64,000 nt of DNA, taken from Adineta vaga (lineage: Eukaryota > Animalia > Rotifera). Within the stretch, counting starts at the first letter, position 1. Each line of letters starts with the position of its first letter. Where the stretch lies: contig CP075493.1 of assembly GCA_021613535.1 (NCBI GenBank), positions 9,486,001-9,550,000 on the forward strand, given 5' to 3'. Below, piece by piece: positions 1 through 13,328 of this stretch. The notes beneath the pieces were generated by a model. That model saw nothing but the letters and a program-made list of their open reading frames with translations. It was not told the origin of the DNA and made no database searches. The position numbers were made by a program, and so were the translations under genes.

Positions 1-858
1 CAATTGAAAATCAATTTCATGCTACATCTTCATATTAGTCTTACTATTATCATCCTTACTGACAAAGTATAATTATACTTCAATGAAATTGATACTATGT
101 ATAAAATGAAAAGGATGTTTTTATCTAGAACAAATTCCGGACATTTGAATTTCAACTGTCGTGATCATATGAGAAAAAAAAATTTCATTTCCGGATAATT
201 ATCTATTCATTTAAAGTAACACATTTTTTTATCATGGATGCTGAGAATGGTGTTAAAGTACTCAGGATACTAAGAAATTTGTTGTCTTTCCTCGAAATAA
301 AAAAAACAACAACTATATTTGTCATTTAATTTACCTTTAAGGTCAATATATGTGATAATCTTTCTAATTGAATTACCATTTTTGAGATAATTATGTCAAC
401 AATCTTTATTTTATAAATCGATTTGGTCGATGTTTGAAAATTATTATGAATACAAAATTTAACGACGTTAATCTCATGTAACCTATTTTATATACTTTAC
501 TGATTGCTTAACTCATATGATATGCGTCATTACTTGATCCATTCTCTTGTATTAAATAAAACTAATTGATAAGAAAACTCTTTTGTCCTGTTGCTGTCAG
601 TATTTTTATAATTCTATATCACTTATTGATCATGTAAAGAACTATTTATACAACATTAGACTTGAAATAGCACAGAAAACTTAAGAATTTCTAATCTAAC
701 AGATTTTTTTATTTTGTTTATATACCGTAAAAGAACATGTGAAATTATTATCAAAACAAATATAGAATACTTTTCTATGCTCAAAATCATTTCAAATGTG
801 AAGTTTATGCATGTTGATGAAAAATAAGTACAACATGTTCACACACTCATGTAGATAT

Positions 859-1622
859 TCAATGAGAAATAATAGTTGCAGAAGCTGATATTGATTGACC
901 ACTATAGAAAACATAGAATTCTATGATATATTTGGTATTACTTTTGATATTTAAGATTTGTGTGAGATATTCTTGAGAACCAACACCAGGATCTTGTGAT
1001 TCATAAGAATATGCACCAGAATTGAAAGTATGAGCAACTACTTTTCCATCTACAATCCATGGGTATCGTGGATCGCAAACTTTCCATTCTGAGCCAAGAT
1101 TTCCTGTTTCAAAACCACCATCATAAATCATTTCTTGATTATTGCCACCACATTCTTTCATAGATACATCATCGAGATACCATGAACCCCAAACTGTATT
1201 GAATTCAAATAGTAGCATGGCATTAGTAACACTAGTTGGTGAAGTATATTCGATGCTATATTTGTTAAACGTTGTCATAGTAACTTTATCATTGATTGAC
1301 CATAGAGTTGCAGTGGACGACGGTGATGTCAGACTGGTGGACAACTTTCTACTAAAGGAATTGTTTTACTCGTTGTAATTACTGGAAATGATGAAGTTCT
1401 AGTTCGAGCAGTTGAATCTCCAGATATAGTTTCTATTGTAGATTGTGAAATACATAATGATGACTTATCTTTTTTGGTAAAATATCCAATAGTGAATCCT
1501 ATACCAAGAGAAATAAGTGTCAAAACAATTATCAATACAATATGTTTTATTCGAGGGTTGGAACAATATTTGCTACATTGATTTTCTTCAGTATTATTAT
1601 AGTAAAAATTTCGTCGAGCCAT
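859..1622 (-). CDS. Type II membrane protein with Ser/Thr stalk and galactose-binding/CBM4-9-like domain; frame junction near 1335-1382 unresolved
   Basis: ORF 1329-1622 has a TM helix (IVLIIVLTLISLGIGFTIGYF) then an S/T stalk. ORF 859-1344 has WYLDDVSM and DGGFETGNLG..W motifs. A GT-AG intron 1623-1680 ends right before the ATG. Confidence 0.6.
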
Positions 1623-2517
1623 CTGGAAAATCGATTTCTACTAATTCATATAATTTACTAAATATATAGATATGTCTTACACCTAAAAATAATACGACAG
1701 TAATATAATTGAACTTGTAGTCTGAACACAGGATTGCCTGTTTTCATTTGATTATACTACCTATTTTTATATCTATTAACATGATGATAATGAAGTTCTT
1801 TTTCCGCCACTGACTCTCTTATCTCCATACGTTTGCGGCGAAAGTCATGTTCGGAATGATAGGTGATATCATCGAAAGTCAGGTTTTTTCGAGATATGAA
1901 TTCGTTAATATATTTCATTGTAAAAAAAATATCCGCGTTCTTTTTTCTTGAATTTTTGTCAAATACAAGTAGATGTTCTTTAATACCAATTTAGAATATA
2001 AGCACTCGCTATTCAATGACTAAATTTAGTTTGGACATTCTACTATTAGTCACGATCATCTCGGTGTAATAGACAGAGATGTTTCCACCAGACAATTATT
2101 GAATATACAGTCAAAGTTCCACTGTAAATGGAATCACTTTATTTCGAGAAAATATAACGAATGCTCGTTACTACGAAATTTGTTTTTATTTATTCGCATT
2201 CTTTTCAGAAAAAAGCCGTTAGTTAATTTTCTGTTTTTTTTTTCTTTTGAATAAAATTATTCAAATCGTTGTTAGTAAGAAGAAAAGGTGATAAAAGAAC
2301 ATTTATGCTTTCACCGTATATTGGAGAAGATTATCACAAAAGCGACGACGTATTATTATTGAAAGAATATATAAATCATACTTTGTAGAGAGAGAATTGC
2401 GTACAACGAACTAAACATTGTATTACAAAAAAATGAATAACATCGATACTATACAACATAAAATAAAGTAAATACTCGGTAGATTTACGCTTCTTCTTCA
2501 AATTGATAAAACTTTCG

Positions 2518-5500
2518 TTATTGGTTCGATACTATATGTTTTTGACTGACATAAACCTAATGAGAACAAATAATCAATTTTAAAAAGAATTTAAAAGATT
2601 CGATTAACATACATTATTGAGTGCAGCCAATAGCTGATCAATTTTATATGGAAAATGGTCAACTGGATTACGATAATCATTACGCATCTGTATATCTCGT
2701 TCTTCTATGATTTCAATTTGATTAGAGTGACCTAAGAGTAAATCGTTAGTGATTTCAACAAAATTTATTATTAATCTACCTATCCAACGTCTAAATTTCT
2801 TGATCATATATCCAATTATCTGTTCATCTTCTGTTTGATGTTTATGTAGATTATCACGTGCAAATCGAAAACTATCATTGATTATTGTGATAAACATACT
2901 TAAACAAACAAATACCATTAACAAGATAAATAAACTGAAACAAAATGGTCCAAGAAAGGATGATGCATCAACTAATTCATATGCATCAAATTTCATTAAT
3001 GTCATTTCAAATAACATTCGTGTTGTTTGGAATATACTTGAACAAGTAGATAATTTTGAAATGAATAAGAAATAGAATAAACAAATGAAGGATGTAAACA
3101 TAATGGAAAACATCATTGAAAATGAGAGAAGTTCCTTAGCAGCATGTCGAATTGTTGTAAGAAATAATAAAATTCGTCGATTAACTCGACAAAGACGAAC
3201 AAATTTTACTGTACCAAAGAAACAACAAAATCCCACTAAATATGTAAAAGTATCATTAATATAAACGGCTAATTGTAAATTAATATAAACATATCCATTC
3301 GTTTCTTGGAAAAGCTGTCCAATACGTTTTGATTCAATATATCTCCATATATAAATTCCAACACTTGTCCATGAACAAACAATGATGCCTATGTTAACAT
3401 ATGTCCAAAACTGAAAGAAATATTTCATTTTCATTTGTAAAACTGATCGAATCTCTTCAATCATCATATAGATAATAAAAATCATATAGAAAATGCTACA
3501 GATCAATTGAGTGATTGATGTAAATACTATTAAAAAAAAGAGAGAATGAATAATAATAGTAATGATAATGATAAAAAGATTAGATTAAAACTTACGTTGA
3601 AATGAAAGTGGTTCAAATCGAGATTGTGGATACAGACCACCCGTTGATAAAAACTCGGTCAGAAGAGTGATTGATGTAAATAATCCTACATTTGGATTGT
3701 ATAGAGTACACTGAATTATAATTGCTCTTGTTTGAGTATCAATCCATCCTAATTCATAAAGTTTTGAAAGATTACTCTGTAGATTAGATAGGCGTCCACG
3801 AAATTCATAAACATAACCACCAGAACTATAAGTTCGATGTTCACCAACATAACTATACGTATCTAATTCATCACCATTTCGATATGTGAAAGCACGAAGA
3901 ATTGTTGAATTGTATGTTTGCGTGATTGTCTGATTGTATGAAGCCCATCCTGGTTGAAAGGAATCTGTTTCTTCATTTCCAAAACTATAATCATCTTCAC
4001 ATTTCGAGACGACTTCTTGTTGTTTAGCAGGACATAGATATGATTTAATACGTAGTTGTCGCATTGTCACCCATCCAATCAATCGATTGGATTTATCATC
4101 AATAAATCCACTTAAATTTCGTGGTGCATCACCATTGTACCATTTTTGTGCTCGAATCTTTTTTACAAAATTATTTTCTAACCAATACCAATAACTGTTG
4201 ATTGTAGATATCTATATTATTCAAATATTTCAATCATTATAAATTCAAAGAAGAAACTTTTACCTTTGTATAATCTTCGTTGATATTTTCTGAATGTAAA
4301 AAGAACTTTCGTAAATGATGAACTTCATGAAATGCATTCGTATTGACATTAGAATAAATCACAACATAGAGAAGAGAGAGAAAACATGCATAAGTAAATA
4401 TTTCTCGAATGAATGACCACATTTTCAATTCTTGAAAACGTCGACGACGAATGAAATCGATTTCACCTTCAGTCAAACGATTGGGACGTCTTTGAGTTCG
4501 ATGAGAAAAAGGTGAATTATCCTAGATGAAATGAATTTATTTTCTTATCTTATCTTAGATATTAGAGTGAATAAAAAGAACAAACATTGATTGATTTCAA
4601 ATATTCTTCATCATCATCCAAACCAACATTTGCATCATCATCTAAATACTCAGCTGCTTCTTTATCATGATTAGATTTTCGAATAAAACAAGCAAAAAAT
4701 ATGGCTAATAATAAAATCTATGAAGAAAAGAAATGATACAAACTATGTTCTATGTTCAAAAATCATTTACTTTGATCGGTTCAATTAAAAGAATCGACGA
4801 AAAGAATCCACTTAATAATGATGTCAACCATTTTTGTGTTTTTAAATCACCAAATTCAATTCCACGAACAATAATCAAAAATATCGATATAACTGCCAAC
4901 AAAAATGACAAACCATATGCGATAAACAAAAACCACCATGGAAATGACAATTTCGATTTCTTCTTTTGCTCGATAGGAACAGTTGTATCACTGATTGAAA
5001 AGAAGGAATATATTTGTAATTTGAATAAATACTACGTACAGTGTCGTATGTTGTTTGATTTTATAAAGTGTTTGACGTAACGGTGAGATTCGTTGTTGAT
5101 GATTTCGTTGAGGTTGAATTCGTCGAAATAATTGTACAAGTAATAAACTTGGAACAAACACTAGAAGTTCAACAATAATACCGATACCAATCTAAACATT
5201 TCCTCATTTACATCGCTTCGTAATCAAAACAAAAAAAAACTATTAAATAAACCTGTTCTGGAGTGATATAGAGTGGACCTATTGATAGACTTGCACTATT
5301 ACTATTCTTTGCTTTTGCATCTTGGGCTTGATCATAATAAAGAATATTCAATAACATTGAAGTCAATAATAAGACAAAACAACAGGTACAACGTTGAACA
5401 CGTGTAAATTGATTGGATGGTGGACGAGAAAAGATTGAAAACCAAAGATGACCTTCCGACACACTATGATAAGCTTGTTTAGATAGAACATATGAGAATT

Positions 5501-8500
5501 CCTGTTGTTGAACTTCACCAGCAATTGGTAAGACACGTTCAATCTATGTTTCATCATATGAATACTAGTGAAACAAGAGAAGTACACCAACTTACTTGTC
5601 CATCACCTTTTTCTACGGCTAACCATCGTTGACAAATAAAATACGATTTCTCTAGTGTTTGTAAGTCACGAATAATGATGTATTTTAAAAACCATGAAGA
5701 CGATGATCCATCACCTTGGTTATCATGCCAAATACGAATGTAATTCAATCCTCCCAAAGATCTAAATATATGAATCAATATATTACTGAAAAAGAAAGTC
5801 AGCTCAATCTACTTTGGTACAGTCATGACAAATGCATCTATTCCGCCACGTTGAAAAATCTGTCGATGAGGATCAGTAAATGTTCGAACTGTGGTTTCAT
5901 CTTCATTACCGGCAATAATGAAATGTACTTTCGATTTTGTCCCAGAATCTTTTCTATGACCAGTAAATACAAGAATTTGATAGCAATATTGATCTTCCTT
6001 GTAATTATCTGTTAATGCTGTTACACCCAACTAGAATTGAATGTTAGAATATTAATCTCATGAAAATAGTACGTATTTTCTTACTTTTTGAATATCTTTT
6101 TTATCCTTGTATCGTGCATATAGAATTAAGAGAAGATAAAGAATTGAAATACATATAACAGTCAAATAAATTGTTTTATTTTTATTGAAATCAGCATTGG
6201 CAAAAACATAATTCCAATTGATTGGTGCTGGTAAAACAAGAAAACCACCTGCAAATGTTGTCAGATGTGTTGAAAAACATTCACTTTCATGATGATTTGT
6301 TCTTGATCCAACCTTGATTTTATCGATAGTAAATTTCAATGAACTTAAAATGTTCCATCTATAACTAACTTACTAGTAGCCCATACGATGACCATTGATT
6401 ACTTTGTTCATCGAAATAATAACAACCCGATGTGTAGATACGAAGTTCATAGTTCGATGTAAAATGAAATGCTTGATCGGATACTGGTGGAATATGACTA
6501 TTGATCATGGATTGATTTGTACAGTATTGAAACATTTCTGTTGAATTCAATTCACGCAATCCAAAGATCACAGTATGATGATTTTTAGTCTTTTCATTAT
6601 CAATGAAATATTTGTAAATATTGTCAATAGTTAAATCTAAAGTAAGCGAATTAACTATGAACTGATATCAATCTAAATATAGAAGATAAATTACTTGAAG
6701 GGCAAAAAACAGAGAAATCATCAATTTCACGAGTTGAACTATTCAAATGTGGTGATTGATCAAATCGATAAATGAATAGATAAGCAAGACTTTGATTCCA
6801 TGTTTTCATTTCAAAATGAATTGAAATTGTTAAATTATTTGATTGTTCAATGTTGATATGATGAAGATTGAAGAGAAAATGATGAGGAATATTGTAGAAT
6901 GCAGTAACATTCTGCACAGTCATCGATGAAATAATCATCTGCGGATCTCGTGGAATGACAAATCGATATGGATGGGTCAATGTTGTTGGTAAAGATATTT
7001 CATTACCATTATTATCAAGAATTGAAAGTGAAACTAATGTTGATAGATTTGTATTCGATTTCACTTGAGATTTATCTGCTGATGCTAATGGTTGTATTAT
7101 CGACTAGAAATATAAATATAGATGAAGATTTGAAAGGTTGAAAACTGAAGAAAAAAGTCACAGACTCGAAGTGAAATTGTTTGACTATATGGCAGATTTG
7201 TATTGAAAATAGAGGGTAAATTAATTTGTGCATTTCCAATTGGTTCAATTAACTTATTCGCAAGATATCCAATGAGAAATGTTTCGATTGACATGATTAC
7301 TGACGATGTATTCATTGTAATATTTTGACCAATATTCAAATGATGATTTAATGCAGTAGTTAACAATCTGGTAGTTTCTTTTGTTTGACTTCGTATTTTT
7401 TCAGCTGTTTGTTTTTGATAGTATAAATTTCGATTTTTCTGAATAGTTTCCCATGAAAAATCATTTCCATCCGCAAATAGATCTGTTTAAATACAAATGA
7501 TTAATTCATTGACAGAAAGAAGAAAAATGACTATTATCTTACTTGGATTAATCCATTCGGATTCCACATCTGTATCATAATCTTTAGGCAATGAATTGGC
7601 ACGAGAATAATCCAAATCAAGAATAGTTGTTCGTTCTTGCAATGGGCTATTAATCGCCTATATGATATCATTCATCATAATATATTATCTGTAATTAATT
7701 AATGTATCTATGAAAAAGAATCTTACCGTCAAAACATTCGAAGTACATTGTGCAATTTGTTTTGCTGCATTTCGTACGTTTTCATAAGAAATCTTTATGG
7801 ACATTGACGATAATGCTTGAGCTAATTGATAACATTTTTCTGATGCAATCATTGCTGATGTTCTTGTTAATTGATTTGTAGCTTCAGTTAATTGAACTAA
7901 TGCTGACGCTTGTAACTCAATACTATTCGATGTTGTTATAGCAAGATTCGGAAGGAATGTCATCAAATAATCACGAACATTTGCTTGTAAATTCACTTGT
8001 TTATTATATTCAGTCAATGCTGTAGTGTTCAATGTGTCGGAGATCTATAGAAGAGACTATGAACAAACAACGATAAATAATTAGTAAAATACAAACATTT
8101 GGTAATGTTTGAGTACCAAAGGAAGACACGGAAACACTCGATGGAGGTATACCATCTACAATGAGATTAAAGGATGAAACAGATGATTTAAATTGATGTT
8201 ATTTACTAGTAATAGCACTGTCTAATAATTGTGCGTTGATTTTATTGAATTGTTGAGAAAGTGAAATGAGAATTTGTCCAACAATATTTTGATTTCCACT
8301 TGATAGTAATTGAACAATGGGATTTGTTGGATTTCCTAATATACTCACTAAGTTGTCGATCATTGATGCATCTGTAGTGACAATAACAGACGTGATATTA
8401 ATCTCTGTAACACAATTCAATCTATCACGAACAATAACGTTGAGATGAAGTAAAGAAGTGTTATCATCACCACCACCACAAGGTAATCGTACATTAAAAC

Positions 8501-11500
8501 TAGATAATGAACTGAAACCAATAATAGTTGGTATCGATTGATCTTTTGTATAACCTAAAAGCAACCCAAAAACAAGACATGTGTTAGTATGAACTGTTTT
8601 GTCATACCATATAAGGCATAGTCTTGAATTTCATCTTCATCAAACCAATTCGAACATGAAACAGTGAATACCGTAGTTATTGTTCCATTCAAAGGACTGA
8701 TTGAACACGTTCCATTTCGAGGCGGTTGATTAACAATAAAATTCAAGGCACTTGAACTTGTTTTATTTGTAAATGTATAAATAACTTCAAAACGCCAATA
8801 AACAATCTGAGGATTATTGATAAATAATTTAGTGGTTGCTGTAAAATTACTTGTACTTGTTCCTAATAAGTTTAGTCATAGCATCGAAATAGGTTTTGAA
8901 GAAAAGAAAAGAATTGTTTCGTACCGAAAAACCAAATGTCTTTATATTGATTCATTTGTGTAAATAATGTCCATTGCATGTTTGCTAATGATCCATTTGT
9001 ACCTGTGTAAATACTCCAGGTAATATTCAATAATGCTGAACAATCCTCCAGACAAAGAGAAAAAAGTGCAACTTGTGTTGTTGGATTCACTAATTGAAAT
9101 TCCAAATTTGGAACACACATTGTTGATATTACGCAACTGAATAAATAGATTATAAACAACATCACTTGCAAGAAAAAAAACAAAGATTTACCCGATTACA
9201 ATCATTTGTGAGTGAGTGTCTTTAATACGAACAAGTAAATAACCAGTTGCTTGGGATGACGAATTTTTCAAATTCTCCATATAAACCATAAACTGATATG
9301 TTCGATTGGATAATAATGATCCACCAGAAATGATTAATGATGAATTTGGTGAGATATTTGATCCTCCATATACTAACGAGGTTGTATTACCTACGAAAAT
9401 AGTCAAAAAGTTTCAAAGAAAAGAAATACTATGCTCATTAACACCTGCTTGATTTGATATACAGGATGAATTGTGTGAATTTATTCGTGCTTCATCAATA
9501 GATAATAGACGACCGGAGCTATGTGGAAAATCGTATAGACCATAGATTCGACAATAATACACATAATTCCAATCCTGTTATATCAGAAGAAGATGATCAG
9601 CGAATTAATTTAAGTACAAATGTTATACTTACACTGGCATTGAATGTGTTTCCGTCAAGATCAATAGAGAATGTTCCTGGATCAAGTGTAAGATTTTGCT
9701 GTTGTCCATATGTAATCATTGATGTTCCGTAGGGAACAAGATTTGATACAATACCTGATGGTGTGATTTCGACATAAGTGGAAGAAGATGAAGATAAATT
9801 AGAGGACGCAACCATTGTCACTGTAAGTTTTAATTCAAAAGTACCTAAAGGTAATGTTTGTGCTGGAATATATAATTCACTGTATGTTGTAACAATTGTT
9901 GAATCAATTTGAATAGGAGATGAACATTGTATCAAAGTGCAATTGTGAATAGTCCATTTGATGATTGCTGAAAGCGAACTATCACAATTGAGTTGAATAT
10001 ACGAACTGATATAAAAATGTTGTTTGCGTCGATATCGCAATGGAGAGAATCGTGATGATGTAATCGAAATTAGTGTGACCGTAGGTGAGAAACAACCTGA
10101 CAAAAAATTAAAGCTATGAATTAAGAAGTAACCTATAGTCAGAATTTCACTTTGATTGACACTGTAAGTGGTTGGTGTGGATGATGTCATGGTGGTTGTT
10201 ACGATTGATGTTTGTTCTAGAAATTAATTCAAAATTTATTATTAACTGAAAATACTTATGAAAAATGAACCTTGATGAAGTTCTGTGGTTGTTTGATCTA
10301 ACGTTAAAAGAAGTCAATTTTGTATTGTTATTTCTTCGATAAAACTTACCGCATCCATTGGATATTAAAGAGAACTTTTGCAAACGGTTGTTACTTTCTT
10401 CAATAACAAATAAGTTGCCGTAACTGTCGAAACCAAGACTGTGTGGTCTGCCTAGTTGGTTCGCTGCTATCCCAGCTACTCTCGTACATCCAGCTATGCA
10501 CCGAAATCCTGTTGAATCCGAACCCAAAATACGATTGTTAAAGCAGTCCGTAAGAAATAAATAACCATCAAAATCTAGTATAACTTCTGTAGGACAATTG
10601 AGTGTTAAAGATCCATTGGAGCTATTTATTGATACAGTTATGCCATTTAACTGACCTCGATAGAAAACTTGAATTCTGTTGTTCCAACAATCTGCAACGT
10701 ATAATGTCAAGTTTTTGTCTACAAATATTCCTCGAGGGCCGTTTAGCATAGTAGCTGCAGATCCAGCTGGACCATTACCCGCCACAGTTTTTATCGTATC
10801 TGAAAGATTATTTAATGATTTTTTCACTACTTTGTTCGGACTATCCATTGAACAGTAAAGATCATCCTTAATATCAATGAAGAGACCAAAACAAATTCCA
10901 CTAACATTCATTACCATGACACTACTCGATGAATTAGATGTCCACTTATCTATTCGCTTATTGGATGCGCTGTTATCAACATAAAAATCCTTCTTCGATG
11001 ATATGAAGATACTATATGGATTATTTAAACCACCTGATACAGTTTTTATGGGTGAGCTCGTTCCTTCTAACCACACTTGAACGCGCTTATTGGATCTATC
11101 AGCAACGTAAACAGTATTGTTAAAATCAACAAATAAATCATGTGGTGAGATACCCACGGAATTACTATTTGCTACGGTTGTACCATTAGAATTCCATGTT
11201 GCAGACACACATAGTTTTGGTTGATTAAAAGATAATCCTGTAATTAAAGAAGAACCTTATATTAAAGTAAAACAATTCCATGAGAATTTTTCATGTCGCA
11301 AATATGAAATAAATGTGTGTGCATGTTCACCTACCGCAAGTATTTGTAGATAATAGAAATTTTTGAATACGATTATTATCCGTGTCAGCAACAAATAAGT
11401 TGCCATAACTATCAAAACTAAGACCATGTGGATATTTTAATTGATTAACCGTTGAGCCAGAAGTACCTGTACATCCGACTATACATCGAAATCCATTTGG

Positions 11501-12460
11501 TCCTGAACCAACAATACGATGATTGTTGAATTCTGCAATAAATAAATATCCATCACCATCAAGAATAACACCAATCGGTCGATCAAGTGCCATTGTGCCC
11601 GATGCGCCATTACCTGCTACTGTCGTCGCATTTAGTTGATTTAATTGAAAACGTTGAACTCTATGATTATAGCAATCGGCAACATACAAATCAAATGTTT
11701 TACTAACAAATATTCCACGAGGACCATCAAGCATATTTGATGCATTTCCAGAATATCCGACTCCGGCGACAACCGTTGTCGTATTTGCGTCATTACCGAT
11801 TGTTTTTTTAATGACTTGATGGCCTGGTTCCATTGAACAATAAAGACTACCATTAATATCTACGAAAAGACCATAGCATGTTCCATTAACATACATATCC
11901 ACAATACCATTTGTTGAATTTAACATCCATTTTTGTACTCGTCTATTAGTACTGCTATCATCCACATATATATCACCGGTGATTGATGGAAAGACACTGT
12001 ATGGATTAAAGAAGCCACCAGTAATATTTCTTACAGGTACGTTACTTCCTTCTAGCCATATTTGAACAGCGTGACGACTTGTTTCAGCTACATAAACGGA
12101 ATTGTTTTTGTCTACATAAATCCCACGAGGGAGTGAACCAATTGCTGTACTATCGGCAAAAGTTATCGCATTGGGATTCCATACAGCGCATGAAGAGAAT
12201 CTTGGTACGTTATAGGTTGAACCTATAATGTAGAAAAAAAACAAATTATTATTTTAAAGATGTGGATACGGACTCAACAATGGATTTATGTGAATATTTC
12301 TTTCTCTCACCTTTCTCTTCCACAAGTAGGATCAAACGAAAAATAGTAGTCGTTGAAATTTATATAGTGTAAAAATACGAAAAAACATCTGCTTACCTGA
12401 TATTCTGTTTATCAGCAATGTCATAATCAACCAATACCTTGAATAAACTACAATATTCAT
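2518..12460 (-). CDS. Polycystin-1-like (PKD1L/REJ-type) protein: signal peptide, two NHL beta-propellers, S/T stalk, REJ, GPS, PLAT, polycystin channel domain; multi-exon
   Basis: Exon 1 (12397-12460, MNIVVYSRYWLIMTLLINRIS) splices in phase 1 to NHL exons (LYVADCYNHRVQ, GNLFVADTDNNRIQKF). REJ-type NQPPRNGTCSISP; GPS CFSTHLTTFAGG; PLAT YQILVFTG..FQRGGIDAF, IRIWHDN, QRWLAVEKGDG; FTRVQRCTCC; LRQLRI-like, YSSGGY, WIDTQTRA, FITIINDSF. Last exon VYVSQKHIVSNQ* ends at 2518. Confidence 0.92.
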
Positions 12461-13328
12461 TCTCCGCTCGATATCCTCCGTGTATGGGTAGATATAATGG
12501 TCGTAAGAACTGAAATAAGTATAATAGTTTTTTCCCAGGAAAATTCTTGCTTGATGTATGTGATCTCTTCGAAGCACAGAATGATGTTAGTTTTTCTTCG
12601 GAGGCTTCTTTTAAAATGATGGACGATTAAGTAAATTTGACAAATTAAATCAAAGAAAAACAATCAACGGTAAAAGGAAAACGTTTTTCTTCCCAATATT
12701 CAATGATGTCACCTATTTCCACGTTATATTCTAATATATTGCTTAAGGACTAAAATAAAAATAGATACTATGCATTAAGATTTTCTATAGTATTTATATT
12801 TCCAAATTAAAATCTTAGTTGAAATTCTACAATGAAAAAGAAGATTTCATATGATCAAATCATCAGCAGTAAAGACGGAATATCGTTTCGAATATATGCT
12901 CTATATTATGGAAGTATTTTTCTGCTGTTGTACTTGAGAAGTAAGTAAATATTTCCTCAAGTGGAAAGTAGATTCTTTATATTTGTTTCTTCGGAGATCG
13001 TTCTTAAATAGATCGGTAACATTTGAAAAGCTAACACCTTTCGGTCAATTAAACAAACTAACGGGAAGAGTAATACAATACTTGTTTTTTATCGATCATA
13101 ATCAATGACTTTGTCAATCATAGGAAAGAAACTTTTAGAAAAGAAAGTAAGTTTATACATTCACTTGTGTTGTTCAGTGCAAGATTTGCCCTGTATAATC
13201 GACAATATTTCCATGAACAAGTGTTAATATATATTTATTTATAGAACTCTATTAATAAAACTTCAAACGAATAACTCTGTTAATATTATCTTTATTTACA
13301 ACGATAAAAAAACAATGTCGGATTTCAA

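Noticed and set aside
10351-12222. NHL repeats or microsatellites as a CRISPR-like or prokaryotic system
   Set aside because: The repeats are degenerate protein-level repeats; there is no direct-repeat/spacer array, and the context is spliceosomal and eukaryotic.
2604-12244. Treating the many separate minus-strand ORFs as independent genes or a pseudogene
   Set aside because: They are bounded by GT-AG introns in compatible phases where checked and follow the polycystin domain order.
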